From the NCBI RefSeq assembly GCF_040938485.1, contig NW_027271004.1, positions 1,054,001 to 1,118,000 of the forward strand: a DNA stretch of 64,000 nt, in the 5' to 3' direction. The translations under genes were made by a program, and so were the position numbers. Numbering within the stretch: position 1 is the first letter of the stretch; the number at the start of each line of letters is the position of its first letter. A model generated the notes under the pieces. The model was given only the letters and a program-made list of their open reading frames with translations. It searched no databases and was not told the DNA's origin. This document shows, piece by piece, positions 17,630-29,600 of the stretch. This DNA comes from Diadema antillarum (lineage: Eukaryota).

Positions 17630-20600
17630 ATGTCGTGCGGAGCATCTCTAAAACGTGAAATTAAACTATTAGAGGCAGTGTTCCCCAAAGAAAATGAAAG
17701 GTTTCAACTTTGTACTGCGAACATGGACGAGCTGACGTGCAAGTTTATCGGTTCCAACAACGAAGTCTTCATCATTCATTGTAACTTTACAGTGAGTTAA
17801 ACGTAGTGCTGTGTAGGCTCTTATAGTCTTATTCGTTTGTGTGTGTGAGTGTTCCAGTGACAATGTGGTCTATTGTGCTCATTAGCTTTTGTCTTCTTAG
17901 GAAAAATAAAGGCGATCCATTGTGAACAAAGCCTCCTCCAAGCAAGTAGAGCACATGTTGAAAATCAGGGAGAGTTGCTTGACCAGACCAGTTCCATGCA
18001 AATTGCAAGATACATGCACTGAGAAATCTAGCTAGCCACTTTCTTTCGTTTAGTAAATTTACAATATAACTTTAACCCAGACACTGATCCCACTTCCTAG
18101 TCCCTACTGTACTGCTACAGTGCTATATAGAACTCTACTGTCTACTGACTAATACTGTCCATAACGGAGGGGCCTGAGTGAGCGGGATCTAGCATTAACT
18201 GCTAGACAGGAAAAGTCTTGAAAACATTATAGATAGGCCCTACGCAATGATGATTCATGATTGACTATGGACAAGGTAGAGGCCAGTGATGGATACTGAA
18301 AATTTAGATTTTACCAGGTACAAGTTGCATACTGTCAAGGGATCGCTAGGATGGGTCCCAATGATGGTACACCAAACTCTAACTGCGACCAGCCCGAATG
18401 CGAAGCGTCACTGTGTACAAGGAGCGCCCCGGGCCGGGGTTAACCAAACTCCAATTAAGGTAGAATAGTAGACTGTACTGAACGGAAGGAGAAGAAGAAG
18501 AAGGGCAAAGCTAAATAGACATCAGCTACAAAGAGTAGGCCCCTATTAACAAATGTCAAATGATTAATTTGTTTTACAGCCCAACACCATCCCCTAACTA
18601 GAGTGTAGACCAACCTCGTTGTGGACTGCTCATTGTGGGCATTAAATAAATGGTTTCAGATACAAGATCGTGCCAGGACTGATGGAGATGCTATGTCCTT
18701 CTTTCCATGGACAATCAAAAGCTGAATCCATGACCAACCTCTGTGCTTTATTGTAACTACATGTACAGTCATCAGTAGAACAAGGGTTTAGAACTTTGTT
18801 GTAGAATTTAGAATTGATGAAGTTTGATAAGCCCAGTGTTCATTCTCGACACAGTAGGTCTCCATTGTAAACCCCTTCAAAGAATATTTTTGGAGGATTA
18901 CTGTAAAACGAGAAATGTTCGCATGCATTTTAATTTCGCGAATTTCGCGAGCGCGAAGATTCGCGAAATTAAAATGCACGCGAAAGTTCTTTTCTACACT
19001 ACATTTTGTATATGTATTGAATACCAGGTCCAGTTCGCGAAAATTTCATGCCGCTAAAAATGCCGTCGGCTCCAATTCGCGAAAAAATTCATGCCGCGAA
19101 TATATCATGTTTTACAGTATTCTACCAAGTACCTAATACTTCATGTGTCAAGATGAAACTAAAACTACTTTTTACTGGTTTGGCCCCATGGCATAAGATT
19201 TACTGGTCCATTTCTTTTTTCTTTTTCTTTTTCTTTTTATTGGCCTCGACAATGTTTATTAATATTTTTTTTTCATTTGTTATTATTTTTTTTTTTACCT
19301 GTCATGTTGGAACAGTAAATTTGACAATTCCTGAAAAGTTACTGGCCCAGCAGTGAGAGTTCTAGATCCGGCATATGTACATTTGAACAAAAGTCTGGGC
19401 TGGATGTGTCTATCTACATGTAGATTTAGATCTAAAAACTAGCTGGGAACACTGTTGGCATTTGTTTCAAATATTTTGCACATTGCATGTGGCATTACCT
19501 AGTTATTATACGTGATATCATAATGTTGTGCATCAAACAATACATAATTTGGATGCATGGTAGAAAATCAAGTTGTTATGGGTCCAAGGCAAATTTAATA
19601 AACTCATAGGATGCACTGCATTGGTCTACTCCTGCATCACTGCTTGTGTAAGTGACACCATATCTACCCCATGCATGAGAATTTTTGCTGTTTGTCTTGG
19701 TCGTCAAAAAGGTATTAATATCATACAATGTATCTGCTAAGAGTATCATATGGTATAGACTATTTTATGGTTGTTTTTTGATTTTAAAGAGTCTTAATTT
19801 AAAATGATTTTGGTGAATACAAAATTATTTTTCAGGTGTCAGCCCCTCATCCTATCATGTTGCAAGAATCTTATTCATTGTAACATGTACATTGTATCAT
19901 TTGAAGGCTAGAACGAATAAATACAGTCTTTGTGATTTTTATGTCCTTTTCTGAGAATGTCTTGAATATTTTTTCTGACACAACAATTTCATATCAAGGT
20001 ATGGGCATGAAATTCAGATATAGGTTGCATGCACTAGAATCAGATCATAACTCATGATCTTGAAGGGGTCATATAGTTTTGGTTGAGACCTAAACTTCAG
20101 GTTTCTGTCATTTTTTCAGTGAGATGATAGGTAACCTCCTTTAAGATATGAAAGAGCATGTAATTTCAAGAGGAACTCGGCATTTATTTGATGAAAATCT
20201 GTTTTGAAATGGCTGAGATATCCAAAAAGAGCAATCCTCAAAAAGGTGGACCCACCTTTTATTACGGTTGCTTTGTTTTACTTTGTTTTTGGATGTTTCA
20301 GCCATATCAAAACTGATTTCCATCAAGTAAACTTTGAAGTCCTCTTAGTATGGCATGTTCCATGCTATTTCATAAATGGTTTCTTGGTACGGTATCTCAC
20401 AAAAAGTTAAAAGCCTAATCCTCATCTCCACCATTACTATACCATCCCTTTAAATGTTTATAAATGGATTATTTTTTTATGTGCTATTTAAAGAAATGTG
20501 TAATGAAATCTAAAGAGACATTGATGCCCATCTTTGGTTAGCATGGCATCAACTGTATTATCAAATAGAGCAACACTAAAATAGTGTACATGTGTATAGT

Positions 20601-23600
20601 GCCATCAAATATTTGCCTTATTTTAGAAATCTGCCAATACCTCAAATAGTGATTCTAACTTGAAATCCTGTGGTTAATCTCAAGTCCTGTGGCATTAGTT
20701 CTGTAGTACTTTTATTAGTTCAGAATTACTAAGTAAATGCAGGTTTCTTGACTGCAGTATTTGCTGTATGTAGTATTGCTGCCATGATGTTCTAGTATTT
20801 GAAAAGCTTTGCTATTTTCATTTTATTGGAGTGATCTGAAACCATTGAATTACACAGTTCTTTATTGTTAGTGGGTTAAGTTGTATATTGAGTAAGTTGT
20901 CCACATGTTGGCATAATAATATCGTAAAAAAACAAAACTGAAACAAAGTTCATCAAATTTGTAATTGTTTTCTCAGTATCAACACTTGAGAAAGAGCAAA
21001 TCGCTCAAAAATTTGTGTGCTGAAATAAACTGTTGGTGAATACAGCATGAACTTTGTTTCAGTTTTGTTTTTGATGATCCAATACCTACATATATTGATG
21101 AAAGTGAACTAAATTTTCAGAGACTTTTAATTTTTCAACTAAAATTAATGTTCAAATTTGACTCAGATGGGCAAATGACCCTCTCTCTTACAAATCAGAT
21201 CAGTACTTCCACATTTAGACTTAACAGGTTTGTGTTGATGATGTAAAAAAGAAAAAGATTGCAAACCAATACCTGTTTGTTAGTAAATCTTGTCACAGTG
21301 ATTAAAACTGTCAAGCTCCAAAGTAGATAAATTGAAATTACTGTGAAGGGATATGGGAAGCTTTAATGCCAGCATGTCATGTAAGAGGGCCTTCATAGTG
21401 TATGCTTAAACAGGGATTTTTCGAAATGTGCCATATTTCAGGCACAGATGTACATGTGTAGTATTGCTCAGGTGTTTGTTCAATCTCAGTCTAAATGAAT
21501 GATGTTGCTGGATAAAAACACAATTTAACCAAAATGTTAAAAGTTATGTATGGATTCATTTATTTATAAATGAGAAATAAAGATTAAAGTTTCATTTATG
21601 CTTGAAAACTGAGAATCCACTTTCTTCATTTCCCCATACCAGGATTCCTACCCTTCGTCTCCACCCGTCTGGTTCTCCGAAGCTGACGATGCAGTCATCT
21701 CCACAGTCATTGAGCAGCTTGCGGATGTAACGGGATCAGACTCATTGGTAAATTCACTTATGATGTCACTTTAACCTCCAGTAGGTGTTTCATTCAGAGC
21801 AGCTGAAGTCATTGGGATTTATAATGTTTATGTGGCATGTACTAGAGTAGTTGGGTGCATACATGTGTATCATTGTTTGTTTCAATTGGAATGCACAGTA
21901 TGTAAGGATAATGTGCAGAGTCTTCAGGGGCGTTTGGTCATCATCTTGAAACTATTGAACTTGGCAATTTCCTCGTTTATATTGTTGGTCAACCATACAG
22001 CATACATACGTATATGTTTCATGATTCTGTAAATGCTTCTGTAAGGAGCATAACTGAACTGGCATGATTATTGATTTGATTTGGGGGGGGGGAAGAAAAA
22101 GTATTTGAAATGTCCATTATCAAATGTGACTGTAATGTGAAACTTTAGACGAAAATTAAACTGATTCTATCAACTTCCCTTTCCGTGCTGGATATACAAT
22201 GTATGATGTCACTTACTATGGTATTTTTTTTTTCCCTGCGTCTTATTTTATAGCTTTTGAGACATGTGAAGCACTTAGTGTGTGAACTCTGCAAACTCCA
22301 TGATGTAAATCTACCGTCAACTCTGCCCAAGCTGGAACAGCATTTACCGCCAGAGGTAGGTAGAAATGCAACTTTGCTGCATGTTCCTTGCATACGCATC
22401 ATACATGTACAATTGTGAGTAATGATTTCTGCGGAATCTCTCTGTGGGAGCATTGTAGCCATTCACAAATTTTGACAGCACTTTCGTGTTCTCTCTCTTG
22501 TACACCTGCAGGGGGCATTTCATGAAGCATTTTGTCTGACAAAGTTGTCGGACCAATTTGCTCTAAGCTAACCAGATGCAAGGATTTCAGTTGCTTGTAA
22601 CAGTTTGTCAGAAAAATATCCGACCAAAATGCTCATGAAATGCCCCCCGTGTGGTAGTGATCAACATTACCGCTCAGTTTTTAATACTTCTTAACCTAAT
22701 AGGTGCCAGTTAATGTCTTGTAATTGTCTGTCTGTAGGCCCAAGATCTTGTTATTCATTGCTATATACATGTAGTGATCAAATGTAGAGGCAGACACATG
22801 CGAGATTGCGTGTTTCATTTACACTGCCCAGTTATATTTGTACATCACTTTATACACCTTCATATCTCCTGCTAACTGCTTCAACTCTGACAGAGCCATG
22901 ATGAAGAAATGCTCAGTGCAGACGAGGACGACGCAGTGGAGGATGAGGACGATGACGAGAACCACGAGGTAGATGACTGCCTAGATCATTATGAGATGGA
23001 GGAAGAGCCCAGGTGAGGATATATCATACATCTCTCTTCTATCTCTTTCTCTCTCTCTCTCTTTTTTATATCTTCCATAGTAATAACCTCACATATAAAT
23101 CAGAAACTGACCCACAGAAATATGTCATCAGGTCCATGCAGCATGGCGATTTGTATTATCTGACTTTCAAATGAGATTAAGTCTGTACTACCCGATTCAC
23201 CTAATTGAATGACGGTAACAATAAATTATGATAATTGAGATGTACTTAAAGATGAATCTTATCAAAAGTCAATAACTATTAAAAGTCAAACTAGGTTAAT
23301 ATAATGTGAGAAAACATTAGAAGTTAAGATTATAGATGTGTAATGATCCATGTTTGCAATTATATGCATTCCATCATTTTCCATTGTAATATTGTCAAAT
23401 ACGTATACTTACATTTTGTTTGTGTTAGCATGTCTTCAGTGGAATCTGTGAAACGCTATGAAATGAGACTATTAAAGTCATTGTTATAAAGTATTCCAAA
23501 TAATACTTTTCCTCTCCAAATTGCTTGGAAACTAATAATAGAATAAAATCATTGCAAGCAGTATTTTTGAGGCATAAATGGACAATGCCTCCAAAAACCT

Positions 23601-26600
23601 GGAAACCTCCAACATTCTAGTTTGAAATTGTCCTTTACTTAGTCATTTCCCACAGTGGAAGTTTCCACGAGGTGAACGTACAGGTTTTAATTCTTATGTA
23701 ACCCTCATTTTTTTTTGTTGTTGTTGTTGATTGAATCATTTCTTTATGCAAGAAAATGTATAACATATAAACCAGGTCAATTATTCATTTAGATAATTGC
23801 AGGCATACATCAAAAATTGAAAATCACAATGTTAAGAACATATACTACAAATGACATCAGTGAAATTAATGCGCCGATATCAACAATAATATTTAACATC
23901 AACAATCGTTATAGTAGAGGCAGAATAGTCAGTCCTTGGTGTAAACAAAGGTAAGAAAATGAGAGCTTCATATCTTGTGTGTCTTTATCATCTGTGAACA
24001 AGTTTGCTCTTTTCATGCACAGTTTAGACAAATTGTCACCTTGTGTGTCTGCACACTTTAGTTGGAGTTTGTGAGTTCCTCTAATAGTCGGTCTTCTCAT
24101 TTTTCACTCTGCCCCCCCCCCCCCCCCACCACTAGCAAAATGGAAAAAGACAATGACGAGAAGGAGATTGATGCTGAGAATTACGCTGTCTTAGCAAGAC
24201 TCAAGTCAAATCAAAGGAAAGACTATCTCAAGGTGAGTTCATTCTTCATCGTTTTCAGGATTTAAGAGCCTTGTATCATTTACTTACTCACCTACACTAC
24301 TCCAGGACACAGTGTCACCTTCAATTTGCCCATGTCCTTTTTTAGTCATGAACAGGTGAGTGGAAGATTTTGTGTAACCATCATGCAATGGCCCTGTTTA
24401 CCTCATCTAGCCTGAATGGGCTTGATTAACTTATGTCAGGACATGTAATCTGACCTTGTTTTGTTTGTCAAGGCCTTCCTATGTCCGGCTTCCATCCTAC
24501 AAGGGCAGTGATTTGGCGTAGTCGGTAGTGCGTCTGCCTCCAGATCCAGAGGACCCGGGTTCAATTCCCGAGTACAGCTGAGCAATGTTGTGTGTAATCA
24601 TCCTGTCCTCCCTGGTAGGAGGCAAAAACACACTGTCCCTCTGATAGGACACGAAATGGAGGTCCCGTGCGTGAGATATTCACAACTCCGGCACATACAA
24701 GAACCCACTTCATTCATTCATCGCAAAGAGCAGGGTGCTGATCTGATGACGTGGTTCAGCTACTATTTGATTTTCAGTTATGATTATCTCTCTTTCTTTT
24801 TAAAGATGTCATAACATATGAGAAATGGTAATGGTGCAGAAGCAAGTGGCAAAGTCAATCTTGCTGCAACATGGCTACATTCTTTCACATGAATGATGTG
24901 ACCGTACAGTAGAAGACATTGTGATGTGCCCCTAGCCACAGCCATTATGTTGCAGTGGATGCTGCTTCTCAGACCAGAAAGCAAGAGGGACCATCGCTTA
25001 ACAATCTGTGCCAGGGACTTTGGACAGTGTGTACAATGTTATGGGTTTTTTTTTCTGTCCCTGTCAGCACTCAGAGCACATGAAGGGTTAATTGTTCCTT
25101 TCATGTTCAGCAAGAAGACACACTGCAGTCCACATATCTGTGGTGCAGGTCTTCATGCACTTGCTGAAGGCCTGTAGCATTTGCATCTGTCTTACCTTGG
25201 CAAGAGATTCTCTGTCAGTCGTATCTGTGCACTAATTGTTGTGAAGCCCTACAAATGTGCACGACAGCACGGTACTCAGATGAAAAGTTGCAGCAGTACA
25301 GGAGGTCTTTGCGCAAAAAGGAAGAGGCATTTGAATGAGGGCTTACTTGAAGTAAAGATGACATAGAGTGATCAATGATGTATACTAATACTGGTGTCCT
25401 TATCGAATCCATACACACCTGCTCGGTACATACTGTGTGATCCACAACAGTGTTGAGATAGACCTGTGCACTAGCAAGCAAGCCAGGGTCTGGTTCCATT
25501 TGAAAGTTATAATGCGCCTTACTTTTAGGATAGATGTCATACTTGCATAATGTCAGACAAATGTTAAGAAATGTCATCGAATCATCTACAATGGAATCTT
25601 ATGTGTCCGTGGTTAGCAGGTGACTATATTGCCTCATGCAGTGTAGTTTTCAGATGCATTGTTTTACAGGGGAAGAAAAAGTAGAAGACCAAAAATGCAT
25701 TCTCTCACATTTTTTGTGGTGGAGGTAGGCTCCTCCTCTTTCTTCATTGATGTGAGTAGGACAACAAAGTGTACCTGGTGCATTGTAGACGAATGTGTTT
25801 CTGTATCGGAAATAGTGGCATTTCATTTACATTTAATACATGGCATAGTGTATTGATGATCTTCTGACTTTCACATAGCCATGAAACATTTTTTCTCTTA
25901 TGTGTTAATAGGTTGAAATATGACAGAAAATATAGATTTTAAAGGAAGGTATTGTGTTCACATCATCATTCTGTTTTTAAGTATACCGTCCAGTTTTGTA
26001 GAATGTACAGTATGTCATTCACTATCAATCATGTTTCTTGTGATGGCTTTCCACAGGGTTCCGTCTCGGGGTCGGTAGGGGCAACTGACAGACTAATGAA
26101 GGAGCTAAGAGACATCTACCGATCGGACAGCTTCAAGAAGAAAAAGATGTATGCTGTGGAGCTTGTGAATGACAGTCTATACGACTGGAATGTCAAGATT
26201 TTTACGTGAGTATATACAGAATGGCTGTTAGCCGCTGGTGTGAGCAGGCCAAGATTTGAATGCCGTATCAATTTCGACTGTTTGGCCCACAAAAGATGGA
26301 GATGGGAATAAGGGATCCCAGTGTCCATTGCCTGTCCTCTCTCTGTCGTCCATCACATACTGTATATGCTGTTATTTTCGCGTACAGATATTTTCGCGAA
26401 TTAGAAGGTGAAAGACATTTTTGCGAGGTGTTGATTTCGCGATTTGACGCCAACGCTATCTTGCATGTATTGTTACTCTAGTGTATGACGACATTTTCGC
26501 ATGTTGTTAAATTCGCAATCCAACTGTGATTTGCGAAATTCGCGAAAATTAAACCCTCGCGAAAATAACCACTTATACAGTACATATCCAGTTTACCTGC

Positions 26601-29600
26601 AAGACTCTCTTTGTGAATTAACCTGTTGAGGACGGTTTGATTTTGCTACTACACGCATTTCCCATAGACGCTTGCCTGAGTGTACTCGGGACTCATCCTT
26701 AACGGGTGAAGAGTTGCTCTAAGTGAACTAAACTTAAAAGTCATAAAATTACATGTGGGGTATCATAATATCATCCTGTCCAAAATGTCATACTAGGGTC
26801 AGAAGTCATAGGTTATGCATATCAGAGGATGTACAATAACCCACTGATAACTTTTCATTCTCTTCACTACATTTAAAGTTTGATGTATTCATCCATTTCA
26901 TTTCACTATTCCTGCAATCTTTCATTTAACCATATTGTGATAATAAGGCAGAATTTAGACTTTATATAGACTGTGAGTGTAAAGTGAGGTTCGCGCTGGA
27001 TGTGGACACAGCACTTTTATTTACTCACTCAAGAAAAATATGACTCTTGATTTGTTTCCTTTTGTGTTGCCATTTTTTTTTGTAACTTTCACTTTAACAT
27101 TCCTGCTAGATTAGATTGTTTTGTTAATATGTTTTGTTAATATGACGAGCAATGACATTTTTTGACCTGTGTTTTGCATCCAAAGAAATTCCCGTATCCT
27201 GTCCTATGCATGATATCATTGAAGATAAGTGAGGTGTTCATGTAACTCAATTATTTTTCTTCTTTTTTTTTTTCAACAGAGTTGACTCTGACAGCCCACT
27301 CCATGCAGATCTAATTCAACTGAAAGAGAAGGAAGGCAAGGATCATATACTCCTCAATATGACCTTTAAGGTAGGTTGATGAGTTTAACACGGGACCAGA
27401 CGTTCTGAATTGATTTAAACCGTCGGCCAGGGGTCAGCTATGGTGCATGACTTGCATGAACCTGTGCCAGCCAGCCAGCCAGCCCACAGTGGTTTCCATT
27501 GCTTTAAGTTGCACATCAAGGCTGGGCACTAATAACTAGATCAGTGTTATAAGTGCTATATCTTATTATAATTAATTTTATTACCAATGAATTGGTTTAT
27601 TCTTTTATATTTGTTCTGACAATTATTATTATTTATTTTTTTTGTGGGGTATTTTTTTATTTCTATTTGTTCAAAATGCTGTTTATTTATTTATTTATTC
27701 ATTCTTTGGGTGGAATTGTTGGCCAAGCCAGATCCTGTCAACTGGTTTCAGTCACCCAAAGAATGGCAGTAGGTGCTTATCACTCAAGCATGACTCAACT
27801 CCAGAAAGATCCAGCTGAAGCAAGCAGCATTGACTATTGCTAGGTTGCTAGCATCACAGTACTCAGCCAGATTCTAATTTGCACGAATGGTGTGAGGTAC
27901 CTGTGCACTTTATGCCTCTTAAACAATTATGCTGGAGGCATTTTGGTTCATTGTTTTTATCCGTCTGTTTATTTGTCTCTCTTTCTGTTCTTTTGTGTGT
28001 GTTTTATGTTTTGTAGAGCAAAATTCAGAACGAGCACCCATATCAATATCGTAATGTCACTGAATCTCAGGGATCTTTCTGTCAAAGGGAGTATGAGTAT
28101 ATCTCTTGGGGCACATAATAGATGCAAATTAGCATACACACAAACCTATTCACTTGCATATCTGGTATTTTTATTTGCCGTTCTAAAAAAATTTTCTGAA
28201 CTGGCTACGGATCCGTTTGCTTACATACAAGGGAACAAAGATGTGAAATACCGAGAAGACTTGTGAAACTTGTCATGCACATTTTAGACTGATGCTGCTT
28301 ATGAAAAGTAAGACTTCAAGACAGCACCAAAGGATTGTCTCTGTGATTGGTTATATCCCTTCACTGTCTGTGAAACCATCCAAATAAACACAGTAACATG
28401 GTGAAGAGTTCATTACCAGGTAGTAAAGGCAATGATATGGATGAATATGAAGAGTTTGCATGCAAAAATGATATATGCCACTTTCAATTTTTTGAGCTAA
28501 AGGTCATCAAAAACTAAAATCTTCTCTATGGTACTGAACTGGTTACATAACAAAAGATTTTTTTGAAGATATCAAAATCATCACAAGTATTCTAATCTTT
28601 TTGTTTTTCAGTAGATTTAATCTCATATCTAAAATTGATAAGAATGGTGATATTGGTCTTTGCATTTAAGCTTTTCATATCTTCCATTTGTCGATAAAGT
28701 GGTGATTCTTTGGTGTTTATGTTTCTGAGAAATGCCTCATCCCTCCCCCCCCCCCCTTGCTCCCACTTTGACTCTCTGTATGCTTGTTTTCTCGGCTGAT
28801 TGCCCTTACTGTTTGACATCACCTGTAACTCTTTGCAGGAGCACTACCCGTACGACCCTCCCTTCGTGCGGGTGGTGTGGCCCATCCTGACAGGGGGCTA
28901 CGTCCTAGGGGGCGGTGCAATCTGCATGGAGCTGCTCACCAAGCAGGGCTGGAGCAGTGCCTACACCATCGAGGCCGTCATACTGCAGATCGCAGCCACA
29001 CTGGTCAAGGGCAAGGCCAGGATACAGTTTGGCGCGGGCAAGGTGAGTGGACGTTGCCGGACCCTGTCACCGACGGATGGCCAGTTACTGTAAAGCAAGA
29101 AACACTAGCGGCATGAAACTTTCGCAAATTTGAGCCGACTGCTTTTTCACAGCATGAAATTCGCACAAATTGCCACTGGCATTCAGTGCATTGTATAGCC
29201 AAGCACTTTTACATGTATTTTACTTTTGTGAATCATGGGTGCTCGCGAAATTCGTGAAAGTTTTCTTCTCATGAAAATTTCTAGTTTTTCCAGTAGCTGA
29301 AATTATGCCATCTGTGCAAGCACTGCTGTCATCAAAAGAAGAGGAAGCGTATATGCTGCATTTGGTAATAATGGGTGTGTTATGATGGTAGTCATAATGA
29401 TTCTGATAATAATGATCATACTCTTTGATTTCATTAAAGCATGTTTTTTTTTTTTGTTCAAAGCCAGAACAAAAGGGTGCCCTATTTTTGGCTCTGTTTT
29501 CGCTTGTTTTGCAAGTTGATAGATAAATCATTGCCCAAAGGAAACAAATCTCTTCCTTGGAAAGGAAGTTGTAACCAGCTCACCCGCTGGAGCTATTCCA

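Noticed and set aside
24503-24575. Possible true tRNA gene
   Set aside because: A and B boxes are present but I could not close an acceptor stem, and it continues into SINE body sequence.
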